A program made the translations under genes and the position numbers. Shown here in pieces: positions 51,642 through 64,000 of a stretch of 64,000 nucleotides of DNA. Source of the DNA: Octopus sinensis (taxonomy: Eukaryota); NCBI RefSeq assembly GCF_006345805.1, contig NC_043007.1:71176001-71240000 (forward strand). The letters are read 5' to 3'. Each line of letters opens with the position of its first letter. Position 1 is the first letter of the stretch. The notes beneath the pieces are model-generated. The model searched no databases. It saw only the letters and a list, made by a program, of their open reading frames with translations, and was not told where the DNA came from.

Positions 51642-52216
51642 TTAACGTCTGTTTTACTTGCAGACATTAATATATGTACCCGTGCTGGCACGGAAAACAG
51701 ACGTTAAACAATGATGATGAAGCAAAAATGTGACACTCACACTAACATCTAAACTATTGCCTCCTCTCAGCATCTCTGAATGCAACAGCAGTTGGCCATT
51801 GCTTGTCCCAAAATAAAGTGCGAATCAAGCACTAAAATTGATGACATCAACTATTCCCCTTCTCCATAAATAATTTGATATTTCTTTCAATCAAGGATAC
51901 TATGAAGTCCAATGTATGACCTAACATTTAATTTTCTCCAAAATCAGCCTTGTGGGCTTCTCAGTATTGCATTCTCAATGTCTTCTAACTGTCTTTTCAC
52001 TATTAAGCTGCTCTCCCTCAAATATTAATAAACTAATACAAATACCTAGATTTTATCTTCTACTGCTGTGCACTTTCTGCATTCTTCTCTTAGATGTTTG
52101 CTAACTAAAGTTTTTACCTCTCAATAACAAACAACTCAGTATCTAAGACTGCATAAGCCTCTGTAAGTACTACCAAAAGTCTACAACAATTTCTTTACTA
52201 ACTCTTCATTCCTTAA

Positions 52217-52494
52217 CTCGTTAGCATTTAAAGTGGTCATATCATGCCAAAATATTCTACCTGTTTTACATTCAAATTGGCCAGATCTGAACATTTAAAC
52301 TGGCCATACCTCACTGAACTATTCTATCTGTTTTATGGTCAAACCAACCAGATCTGGCCTCTCACACCTATCCTACAATGTCATTCTGAAAATAAGCAAA
52401 CAGAACATTGAACTCTCAAAGCTATGAGATAATGCATGATTAATTCAGAACAAAATGTGAATCAACTAGCATTACATTTGACAGAGTAAAAGGG
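52217..52494. mobile_element. TTAA-flanked MITE, same family as 11222-11445 in the opposite orientation, with an internal duplication
   Basis: TTAA|CTCGTTAGCATTTAAA...AAAAGGG|TTAA. The ATTTAAA.TGG.CATA..TATTCTA.CTGTTTTA block is duplicated. Confidence 0.7.
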
Positions 52495-52809
52495 TTAAAG
52501 TCTGTTGAAGTTTTGATATCTAAATGTAAACACTTCCTTTTCCTTTTTCCTTTTATTTCTCTCTTTGTTTTTCCTAAATATGCTCCATTTTTGCTTTAAA
52601 GAGTCTCTTAAACGTACATTTTGGTTAACTCCTGCAAAAATGAATTAATGGCTTTTATGTTATCTACAAAAATTACTGTTTTTACTCAAGCAAAAAATAT
52701 GTAAACCCCTTGCCTTTTTTTACCATCCATTATTTCATTTTCAAATAGTATTTTGGCAGATATAATTTGAGATTTGTTATAAATGGGTTGACTTTTAAAT
52801 ATTCTTTAA

Positions 52810-52911
<102 letters not shown>

Positions 52912-52989
52912 CCTACAAAGGTACATTCCACACCATTTCCATCCACATATTTACTGTCATCATTGTCATCATCATCATCATCATCATCA

Positions 52990-53034
<45 letters not shown>

Positions 53035-53044
53035 TCAAAGTTAG

Positions 53045-53182
53045 TCAAGTTTGACTTTGCTTTTCATCCTTTCGGAGACAATTAATAAAAAAAAGTACCA
53101 GTTGAGCACTGGGGTTGATGTAATCAATTTCCACCCCACCTCCACTCAAAATTTCAGGCCTCATACCAAAAATTTGAAATCA
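53045..53182 (+). mobile_element. SINE family B 3' half
   Basis: TTGACTTTGCTTTTCATCCTTTCGG...GTACCAGTTGAGCACTGGGG. Confidence 0.75.
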
Positions 53183-53363
53183 TTTTTATCCTCGTCCTCG
53201 TCCTCCTCCTCCTCCTCCTCCTCATCATCATCATTATTCATGGTATGCATGAACGTGTTACATTCAAAATCAATATCTTCGATACCAAGTCACAACCAGT
53301 TCCCGTAGATATCAAGGACCTTTCTTACAATCTTTACAATCTTACAATCCAGTTATCATTATC

Positions 53364-53395
<32 letters not shown>

Positions 53396-53897
53396 CATAT
53401 CATCATCATCATCATCATCGTCATCGTTATCATCATCTTCATCATCATTGTATTTCATCCCTTTCGAGTCGATATAATACGTACTTGTTTCCCCACCCTG
53501 GTCTAACCTCTTCTTTTTTGCCACTTAATTGGCATAATGGCAGTATACCCTTGTTAGCTACATCTCCTCAGTTTGTTCTTATAATTTGGTCTTTGGTGCC
53601 ATTGTTGCATTTTCTGAATGTGAGGCTTCTCAAATATATTGTTGTGTCACTACATGCAGTATTGAAATATAATGAAGAAGACCAGCTTATATGTGCATAC
53701 ACACACACACACAAACACACACACAAACACACACACAAACAACCACACACACACACACACACACTTATACATGCATGCATATGTAACCACATGCATATAT
53801 ACTTGCATGTATACATGTATGTTTTCATGCATGAAAATATAAACATGTCTTTGTGTGTGTGTGGGGGGGTACTCGTGTGTGTGTGGGGGGGTACTCG

Positions 53898-53928
<31 letters not shown>

Positions 53929-54710
53929 TGTGTGTGTGTGTGTTATGCATATATTTTATTTTTTTCTGCATAAAATTTCTTTGCCGTTCACAATGTATTT
54001 ACATTATTTATTTCAATAACACAATGAATGATACACAAGCTTTTTCCCATGAATTTTTATATTCCCATATACTGTTCCTTGTACTTCAGAATATATAAAA
54101 ATCCCCTGCCCACCCACGTGCCCATCCCTCTCTTAATGTATTTGTCTGTATAGAACCTGACAAAGCAATGCACAATAGTTGTTTTCTCATCAATTCTAAT
54201 CAATTCTAACATCTTATTCAAATATTTTCTCTTTATTCATGTATGTTTCCTATATTATGTTCCATGTATATATATATATATATATATATATAGATACTGG
54301 TTGACTTGAGCTGGTATATACTCTGTAGAGATGAAGACCAGAAATGAGAAATGCAGATTAATGATTAGGGAAGTTTTTCAGCTTCCAATAAATAGAACTC
54401 TGCATTTTGTATTTAGTACTTTCTTTTGTTATTTGGATACATTTATTTATTTATTTATTTATTTATTGGTAAAATTTACAAATGCATTGACACACACACA
54501 CACATACACACACACACACACATGTAAACTATAGGTTTGCTATCTTATTATTTATGGTTTCTTGCCATAGTTCGACCCTCATCGTTTGATCACTCCAGAT
54601 TTCACAGAATCCTACATACATATATATATATATATATGTACATATATATACATATATATACATACTTATACTTATATACATATATAAGTATATATATACA
54701 TATATATATA

Positions 54711-55022
54711 TTGTTGTTGTTTGTTCCTTCTTGAGCCACGCCTGGCTCATAGGGCCGGTTTCCTGGTTTCCTTAGTGTATAGGTTCCTCACCTGGTTGGG
54801 ATGCTGGTCTGTCGCAAGTGAGCTGCAAGATGCAGGAGGAAAGAGTGAGAGAAAGTTGTGGCGAAAGAGTCAGCAGAAGTTCGCCTTTACTTTGTGCCAA
54901 AGCTGCATGGAGCTTTGGTGTCTTGCTCATAAACACACACATATCGCCCGGTCTTAGATTTGAACCCGCAACCCCTCGACCGCGAGTCCACTGCTCTAAC
55001 CACTAGGCCATGCGCCTCCACA
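54711..55022 (-). mobile_element. SINE family D, tail variant 2 ending in (CAA)n
   Basis: Head GTGGAGGCGCATGGCCTAGTGGTTAGAGCAGTGGACTCGCGGTCGAGGGGTTGCGGGTTCAAATC (A and B boxes). Confidence 0.85.
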
Positions 55023-55103
55023 CATATATATATGTATGTGTATTTATATATGTTTATGTATATATGTGTATATATATGTGTGTGTGTGTATATATATATA
55101 TAT

Positions 55104-55135
<32 letters not shown>

Positions 55136-55202
55136 TGGGTTTGGTGATGCAAACGAGAAAAATAGAACTCAAAACATAATTGTGTGTGTGTGTGTGTGTG
55201 TG

Positions 55203-55276
<74 letters not shown>

Positions 55277-55278
<2 letters not shown>

Positions 55279-55620
55279 TAATATTTTGCAGGAGTAACAA
55301 AGTGTCTCAAGGGCTGAGAGTTTCATGCATTAGTCCTTATCAAACTAGTTGCAGGCTGGGGAGTTGTGGATTTATATACTGTTGATAATAGCATTTCCCT
55401 GGATAGCTATGGAACAAATTATAAGATATTTGAAAAAAATGAACTATCTAGGTGACATTGTAATTGTTTTTATAATTTGTTCCAGAACAATCGAGAAAAA
55501 TACTATTATCACTGATATATAAATCCACAACTCTTCAATCTGTAACTAATTTGATAAGTGCTAATGCATGAAACTATTGGTCACTTGAGTCACTCTGTTG
55601 TCTCTACTAAATATCAGTAT
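55277..55620. mobile_element. Fold-back MITE, ~145-bp arms, ~45-bp spacer
   Basis: 55277-55424 is complementary to 55470-55620 (TTTCATGCATTAG, GAGTTGTGGATTTATATA, GGAACAAATTATAA). A partial copy lies at ~43845-43895. Confidence 0.85.
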
Positions 55621-56213
55621 AATAATGATGATGATGATGATATTTACAACAACAACAATAAATAAATAGATACATAGATAGATAAATAAGCCATTTCTGC
55701 CTCTGTTAGGGTGTACAACTCTTAGCAAAAATGAGTTTTTTTTATTTTTCTCTTAATAGTTCAGCATCTTTGAAGAGCTATTGTTAGAAATTAATAAATT
55801 GGAAATAGATTTTCTAAAAATGGTTCATTAATGTAAAAACAATTAAAGCTTATGAAAAATAGACACAGTCATCAATAGAAGAAAGAGGTAAACAAAAGAC
55901 AGAAAAAAAAGAGGGGAATACAAAAGGTGAGAAATATGGTGTATTACAAACAGACTGATAAGGTCCAGTATTTTCACCTGCATCATAGGCACCCATAGAT
56001 TGCTAAAAAATTGTATCTTATTTTTCATATTTCTGGAAAGAACGACTTCTTTACATTCATTATATATAATGGATTTGGTATCAGCAATATTAGTGTACAT
56101 TTTAACAAATTATAGTGCTTGCAGAAAACTTCCAGAGATGGATGAGTACAGCTTTACACTATCAAACTAAATAAATCCAAAATGAATATTTTTTCTTCAA
56201 TATGTTTAAACAG

Positions 56214-56435
56214 CAAGCTGGCTGAATTGTTAGCATGCTGGGCGAAATACTTTGCGGTATTTCATCTGCTATTACATTCTGAGTTCAAATTCTGCCAAGG
56301 TTGACTTTGCCTTTCATCGTTTTGGGGTCAATTAAATAAGTACTAGTTATGCACTAGGGTTGATGTAATCAACTTAATCCCTTTGTCCGTGTTTGTCTCC
56401 TGTATGTTTAGCCCCCTGTGGGCAATAAAGAAATA
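56214..56435 (+). mobile_element. SINE family B copy
   Basis: Aligns with 26780-26997. Confidence 0.85.
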
Positions 56436-56822
56436 AATATTTTTAAACAACTTGGTAGTGGCACTGCTTCAATTATATCTAGTATATATAAATCACAGTA
56501 ATTGTGTATAATGACTAACACATACATTTCTACAATTCTCAACCAATTTTTACCAAACTTTACACACACATTACTTATATTCCAAGGATGGTCATTAGCT
56601 GAAGTTCATAAGATAATATTTTTTTCTTTGTCATGTCTCTTCCTGATATATTTAGAGAAACTGATGATATGTCTAGTTCATGCTAGATATGAAACCAATG
56701 GTATTTCTCTAAATTTGTTACATTACACATACAAAAATAAACAACTGCTCTATTTATTTTAGGGTATGCTCTTTTTCTGACTTATGATCTTATAACGAAG
56801 ATATATATATATATATATATAT

Positions 56823-56855
<33 letters not shown>

Positions 56856-56989
56856 CAGACAGACGACAGACAGATAGATAGATTGATAAATTACTTGTGT
56901 GTATATATATATATATATACATAATGTATGAATGTAACCTGATATGCATCTGCTGACTATACTCTTTTCACTCTTCAAGGCTTTATTAG

Positions 56990-57900
56990 TTTACATTTAA
57001 GGTTCTCTGTTAGTGGACAAGATATGGACAAACTTAGAAAAAGGATATATGTAGTATATTCAGACAGTTTGATCTAAATTTTGTAATAAACGCTAACCTG
57101 AAAATGGTAAATTTCCTAAATATGGCATTATACCAGAACATGTGTCAACAAAACCCATGCTATAAGCTTAATGAAAAAACTGTTTGCATTATTTATACTC
57201 GAACCTCTCACCTACAATTATTAGACACTTCATTGACATTTTCAGTAAACACATTTCCACTCTGTCATTTAGCAAATCTTATTTAGCAAACCATTCCATG
57301 TAATAATAGAGAGCTAAGGAGAAGTAGTGAAGACTAACAAAAAAAGAAAAATAAATAAAGAGGAAAATAATGAGGTATAAACCACCATACAGTGTAAATG
57401 TGTCTACAAATATTGTAAAGTGCTTCCTAACTCTGATAAGTACACACTTCTCTGCTTCTCATAAATACCATAAAATTTTCAATAACAATTTTGATAAGAT
57501 AAGCTATAGTTGTTTAGATGACATTAAGACCCCTAATTTTCAACCACGATTTTGTTGCTGGTAACATTTTGCAATTATTTTAATGCTGGTGTATCTGTAG
57601 CTAATTGCAATAAATGTCTCTTCAAGGAGTTGGTCTATTGACATGGAGAAAAACAACATATATCAGACTCACTGAAAATTCCCTCAAGATCCAATACATA
57701 CAATACTCTTGTTTGTTCAGTTACAGAAGTAAACACAATTTCACTTTACTTGTAAAAGCAGATGAATAACCAAAGAACCCAACAATCAAGCAGAACACAG
57801 TTGCTGATGTGAATAAGGCATAGAATAGTTGCAGCAGTGGCACTAATTAATTGGCATTTAGTTACAAATTCTTCACCATAATTCTCTACATATAACGTTC
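56990..57900 (+). mobile_element. Penelope-like element ORF relic (RT thumb to GIY-YIG)
   Basis: NLKMVNFLN..., RYKPPYSVNVSTNIVKCFLTLISTHFSASHKYHKIFNNNFDKISYSCLDDIK, and TYIRLTENSLKIQY (YIGxT of GIY-YIG). Confidence 0.8.
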
Positions 57901-59559
57901 TGTATCATATAACACCATGGTTACTCTTTGATCACAGCCATCTCCACAGTGTAATGTCTTGTTATTGCTTGAAGCCTTAATATAACCTCTGTTTTATCCT
58001 GTATCATTTATTAATCAATTATTAATCATTAACTGACTGTTTAATTATATAATTACGTACTTGATTATGCAACTATTTACTTAGCTTAATTATTTACTTA
58101 ATCTATTTACTTAATTATTTAATTAATTATCAATCATTCATTTAACCATTTATTTAATTACTACATTTCAATAACTTTCCTTAAACACCCAACTTATAAA
58201 GCCCCGTTCAACTACTATGGATAAGAAGTGCATCCTGCTCAGCCAGCCCCCTAATATTTATGTTATTCAACTTCCTTTTCACAGTATCTTATTGTTATTC
58301 ATCATATTTTGTCTTACCTCATCTTCATTCTTTATTTCTTTCAACTGACACTTATGGTTATCTTCCTTCACTGATTCAATGCTTACAAGTCTTTTGTTTT
58401 TCTTAATCACACCCTATTTCACACGTTAACAATGTAAGGACACTTTTTTTAACTAATCAGATATATAAGTTCATCTTGTATACACATTTGTGCTTTTGTT
58501 TTCTTCTGCCACTCCTGCCATCTAAGAAAGCAGTCTCACCTGTAGTAATGAATGGCTTTTGTTAAATGAAATATCTATACAACCTGTATTGGGTACTTTT
58601 CTCTCATTCATTGCAAACTACTTTTGTCTATGTGTACACACCCACATATAAAACAGGGAACACAAGTTGCTACATCCAGCATCAATATTTCTAGATTTTC
58701 TCAGTTTCATCTTCAGGATATATATAATGTTATTATCATGAAAATCTGCCTCCTTTATGGTAGGTGAATGTGATTTGTGTAAACTTTATCATCCAAATTT
58801 GTTTAGATCTATTGCTGGAATTTTAAAATTGATTTCATTAGTCACATTTTTTTGTGTGTATATTGTGTTTATGGTGCTTATGCTTTCATTAGAGCTTTGT
58901 ATCTTGTTATGAATAATTTTGTATCATTGCAATCCACACCCTATTCTAAACCTTGGGTTTCTTGTATTCTGATTGAGTTTTTTGCATTCTTCAGTTGCAT
59001 GAGAACTGCCTATTAACCAGAATACAGTACAGCTGGCAAAACAGAAGTTCTCATGTAAGACAGGCTTTTTAAAATACTAACCCTAATAGGTTGATGATAG
59101 TGTAATCCATATGGCAATGGTGCCACAAATCTTCTCTAGGTTAGGTTGCTATTTAGATGGCAACAGTTACATAATAAGTGCAATATTAGTATTTAACCAT
59201 AACATTAAACTTTAAAACAGTCAACATCCTTGATAAAAGTCTATAATAAATGTATGTGAAATGAATGTGAATGATTGTCATATGGAAAAGAAAAAGATTA
59301 AGTGTCTGCAAGCAGTGATAAAACGGCATGAACAATATGTAATTTTGGGAATGTATGATTTGGCCATACCAAGTTGTAATATGTTATCTGTGTTTTCTAG
59401 TACTGCATTCACTTAGCAGTTGTATTTAGTTACTGACAAAGTACTAGGAAGATTTCTAAAATATGTATGCTGTTCAACCTTGCTTAAGTACTTGTAAACA
59501 CAATCCTTGTTGCAAATCTAATGAGAAATTGCAGTATATTAATATAAATTCAAACTAGT

Positions 59560-59850
59560 AATCCTTAGAAACTTAATCCCAATAATCCAGCTTATCTTTT
59601 GATGTGGAATCTTCTACTCATTATTACAAGGAAGCATTGAAAGATAGTAGCTTCAATGATTGAATACATCTGCAACAATCTTAGCAGGATTTTCTTAAAT
59701 GTATAGATAAGCATTTCCTTGTTGACAATAGATATCATAAGATCTTTAAAAATAATGCTAAGCGAGCTATGATTATACCAAAAATTTTGATGCTTCAACA
59801 ACCAGCATAAACAAAAGAAACTGTCCTGTGAAAACATGCAAAACTCCTCC
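59560..59850 (+). mobile_element. Second Penelope-like ORF relic
   Basis: HYYKEALKDSSF, FLKCIDKHFLVDNRYHKIFKNN and NCPVKTC match the same PLE region as 57370-57530. Confidence 0.65.
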
Positions 59851-59994
59851 TCTCAATGAATTTTTAACAATTCCAATATTTTCATTCTCAACAGTAAATT
59901 TCTAAAGCATTAGGTTATTGAGCTAAAAGTTCAAGCGAGACATGGTCCCCCAGCCCTTCGAGAAGACCAGTCTTGTAGTTACTCTGAATTTTGC

Positions 59995-60325
59995 AATTCA
60001 TGATAACAAGAAAAAAATTAGGACATGGTTAGCCATAGCAAGATCATCCATGGAAAAGCTTAATAACATCTAGACCAGAAAAAGTGTCCCAACTAAGTTA
60101 AAAACAAGGCTAGTGTGAGTGCCTATCTGGCCAATAAGCATATACAAATTTGAAGAGAACATGATCAATGCATTTGAAATGTGGGTGTGTAGGAGAATGT
60201 TATGAGTCTCTTACAAGGGTCATTGAGCAAATGAGTGGGTGTTACAAGAAATAAGTGAAAAACAATTCTAAACATTGTGAAAAAGCGAAAGATCATCATC
60301 TATTATGGCCATATTCGAAGAAGTT
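59995..60325 (+). mobile_element. RTE-clade LINE ORF2 C-terminal fragment
   Basis: KIRTWLAIARSSMEKLNNI*, INAFEMWVCRRML*VS, NEWVL and KRK...YYGHIRR. Confidence 0.75.
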
Positions 60326-60527
60326 TTGTTGATAGTTTTAATGGCTGGTCCAACCCAGTTTAAAGACTCACTCACAAACACACACAAATCATCTTACATA
60401 CACACTCACATATATGTATGTATGTATACACACATACATGCACACAAGCATATTTATATATAGCTATATACATATATATATATATATCATATACATTTAT
60501 GTGTGTGTGTGTGCATATATATATATC

Positions 60528-60838
60528 ACCGTGGTCACCATGACCGACCAGGCTATCAGATGTTGCTACACATCGCTGGTCACAATGCACTTCGCATTGT
60601 TTTAGCCTTCAAATGATGCCACCCCACTGGCTAAGCAAGCAGGCCAACAGAAGAAAGAGTGAAAGAAAGTTGTGGCGAAAGAGTACCGCAGAGATTGCCA
60701 CCAATCCCTGCTGGGGCCTCGTGAAGTTTTAGGTGTTTTTGGTCAATAAACACTCACAACACCTGGTCTGAGAATCAAAACCGCGATCCTATGACCGCAA
60801 GTCCACTGCCCTAACCACTGGGCCATTGCACCTCCACG
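60528..60838 (-). mobile_element. SINE family D, tail variant 1
   Basis: Head GTGGAGGTGCAATGGCCCAGTGGTTAGGGCAGTGGACTTGCGGTCATAGGATCGCGGTTTTGATTC. Confidence 0.9.
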
Positions 60839-60854
60839 CATATATATATATATG

Positions 60855-60992
60855 GTGTTAGGAAGGGCATCCAGCTGTAGAAACACTGCCAGATCAGACT
60901 GGAGCCTGGAGCAGCCCCTGGCTCCCCAGACCCCGGTCGAACCGTCCAACCTGTGCTAGCGCGGAAAACGGACGTTAAACGATGATGATGAT
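60855..60992 (+). mobile_element. Family A 3' fragment
   Basis: GTTAGGAAGGGCATCCAGCTGTAG...GGACGTTAAACGATGATG. Confidence 0.9.
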
Positions 60993-61340
60993 ATATATAT
61001 ATATATATATATATCTGTCCATCCATCCATAGTACATATATCTGAAAAAGGAGCACACTCTAAAGCAATAGAGCAGTAATATATTTTTTAGGAAGTTAAA
61101 CGTTATGGTTGGTCATAGAATGGACATTGGTTTCACACCTATAAAGTGCTTAGCAGTACAGGTGACTCATCAGATTCATATATATATATATATATATATA
61201 TAAAAGGAAATGAAGAAAATGCTGACAAAATAATTTAAGTAATTTAAGTAATTTAATTAGGTGAAAGTTCTTTTTACCGGTTGCGCATTTGTTATGCTTA
61301 TCAAAAGTTTTTCCCTCTTATCTGTGTTTCTACAGTGATA

Positions 61341-61578
61341 TATATATATATATTTCTTTATTGCCCACAAGGGGCTAAATATAGAGAAGACAATCAAGGA
61401 CAGACAAACAGATTGAGTCGATTATATTGACCCCAGTGCGTAACTGGTACTTAATTTATCCACCCTAAAAGGATGAAAGGCAAAGTCAACCTCAGCGGAA
61501 TTTGAACTCAGAACGTAACAGCAGACGAAATACCGCTAAGCATTTCGCCCGGTGTGCTAACGTTTCTGCCAGCTCGCA
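61341..61578 (-). mobile_element. Full-length SINE family B
   Basis: Near-identical to 16384-16616. Confidence 0.9.
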
Positions 61579-62254
61579 TATACATACATATATGTATATG
61601 TATGTATATATTTGCACCTTGGGCAAGAAAATTCTGCTGTAGCCCTGATTTGATCAATGCATTTTTGAAAGAATTTGCTGGACAGAAACTGTACAAAGCT
61701 AATTATGTCTGTGTGCGTTTACATTTGTATGCTCTGCATGTAAAAAAAAGTGAGGTCAAGCATTGACTTTTGTTGCCATTTCTCATTCAACATATCAAGT
61801 GGCTCTGTGATTTTGAGAATGTATGGAATAAGAGGTCCCTTATATGAAAAACAAGGTAGAGTTAGTGTCCAGCTTTAAAACAATTACTCAGTGATATATA
61901 TATGAATATATTCCAATAACTCATATGAAAGTGGGAAAAAACAGGCGTAGAAACAAATTAACTAATATATGTGATCTCTGTGTCTCTCTCTTTCATTCTG
62001 CCATCTATCTATCTTTATATACATGTATAAATATTTATGCCAGCTTAAATGTGGATGTTCTGTTAGAACAAACTATACTGTGATAGATACCACGAGAGAA
62101 ACTCTCATATTGGCTTTGGGTATAAAATACACTCTTGTTTATATCACTAGATATATACAAACATACACACAATCACAGATACACACATACATATTTGTAT
62201 ATATATACACACACACACACCTACACACATACATACGTACATTTGTTTTTTCAT

Positions 62255-62524
62255 TTATGCACCCTTTTCAAGCCTATCCAGGCTCATGGGCCTGGTTTCC
62301 CGGTTTCTGTGGTGTATGTGTTCCCCCCAGTCCATTGTAGTGTTACTCAAGAAACAGGAAGAAAGATTGAGAGAAAGTTGGGGCACAAGAGTACAACAGG
62401 GGTTGCCACCACCCCGTGCTGGAGCCTCGTGGAGCTTTAGGTGTTTTCGTTCAATAAATACACACAACTGCGATCCTCCAGCCGCGAGTCCGCTGCCCTA
62501 ACCACTGGGCCATTGCACCTCCAC
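62255..62524 (-). mobile_element. SINE family D, tail variant 2
   Basis: Head as at 60838. Tail GGCTCATGGGCCTGGTTTCCCGGTTTC as at 54745. Confidence 0.8.
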
Positions 62525-64000
62525 ACATACGTACATACACATATGTATTATATACACACATGTTTATACATATCTATTGATCTCGATGTGTGTTGTGTGT
62601 GTGTGTGTGTATGCATGGTCGTCTTCATCTTTGGGGCTGGAGGAGAGAAAGAAATATGTATATGTGGACATACATAGATATTTTTATGACATTGAGATGA
62701 ATCAAATGGGCTACTTAATATGCGTACAGTTGGAATTTAAGCTCTGTTTCATTCTGTCTGTTAGTTTTGTGCTTTTTACTCTGCTTGCCTCTGTTTACAT
62801 TGATTCAAGTATCATCTGTATTCCTGATGTAATAGCAGAAACTCCAGTCATACAGAGAAATATAGAATCTAACATGGAAATATAGAAAGCAAAAGAATTA
62901 TCACATGTTCAATTGGCATTAATTAACTAATTGTATACAAGCAGAATGTGTTAACTTCATACAGCTATATGGTACCAAATGTTGTTTGGATACCATTTAC
63001 TTCAATATTTTTACTTGATGTATATAAAGATTTTCTAGAAATATTTTTGTAAATTAATTTAATGTTATATTTTATTAATTCCAGAATGGTTTTACATTCA
63101 ACTTATTTTAATGTTTTATATTTCTCTCACTCCTTCCCACTATCTGTCTCTCTCTCTCTCTCTTTCTCTCACCTTCTGTCTGTCTGTCTTTCTTTCTCTC
63201 TCTCTCTCTCTCTCTCTCATAGATTTATTGGCCTTCCCTCTCTACTACAATTTATTATTTGAAGATTTATCATAAAACTTATCCATTCCTCTATTTTCTT
63301 TTGTTTTGGCATTTCTTGAATCGTTTCCTAATCCTTAATGCTATTATTTTCTGTCAATACTGGGTTTCTTAAATCCAGCTGTTTCTACAACTCTTATCTT
63401 CAACACCATTCCACAACAAATATGTATTTCCTACTTATAACATTTTCTTCAGCTTCTTGACATTATTCTAATCTCAAACTCAAATCCTTCTTTCTATACA
63501 ACCGTTCCATATTTCTACAATTACTCTTGTGTTTTCTCATAACTCACTCTTCAATCGTTTTCTTCCTCTCCTTGACCTTAATACTCACTCGTGCTCATCA
63601 TGCTTCACCATCTCTCTATCTTTCTATATTCTTGCACTCAAATCCTTCACTATTTTCAACTTTATTCTCTCCTTATAACCTTTTCGATTTCTTCCATCCT
63701 ATTTTGTGGCACCCTTACAGTTTGGCATCATTTTTGTTTATGATTGATCTTTTTTTCTTGCTACTTCATGGCATTAACAAGTGGTCATTTTCATCCACTG
63801 ATTCTCCATCTTATCTTATTGATCTTCTATGTCTCCTCCTTATCTCTTCGAGCCATCCTTTATTTCTCCAATTTATTTTGTTCATCTCCTTCCTTGCTTT
63901 CTATTTCTTACCTTTACTCGCAAACTAATATTTTCAGTTGACAGTTGCATTATTCACTGTGGCACCTGAACTCACTGCATACCACCAACAGTCTGCCTTT

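Noticed and set aside
57750-57899. Apparent minus-strand transmembrane exon (YVENYGEEFVTKCQLISATAATIL...)
   Set aside because: It lies antisense within the Penelope GIY-YIG relic.
63260-63960. 133-aa hydrophobic ORF at 63527-63928
   Set aside because: Pyrimidine-rich low-complexity sequence produces F/L/S-rich reads. It is probably antisense of a decayed LINE, with no motif support.

Overview
AT-rich, microsatellite-saturated eukaryotic DNA. The repeat families and composition point to a cephalopod (Octopus-like) genome, which is an inference. There is no prokaryotic content, CRISPR array, rRNA, true tRNA or intact protein-coding gene, and almost all listed ORFs are microsatellite translations. 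The window is a transposon graveyard. It holds four SINE-like families (>30 copies), RTE and CR1/L2 LINE fragments, two R4/Dong-like restriction-endonuclease retrotransposon fragments sitting in microsatellites, and Penelope-like RT/GIY-YIG relics with a degenerate hammerhead-like motif. It also holds a decayed Ty3/Gypsy pol, internally deleted mariner and maT elements, TTAA-flanked MITEs, and at least six fold-back hairpins with arms of 90 bp or more. One unique, exon-like segment (about 19.3-20.6 kb) may belong to a host gene, but its strand and product are unresolved. No clearly novel system is demonstrated. The best leads are listed as findings.
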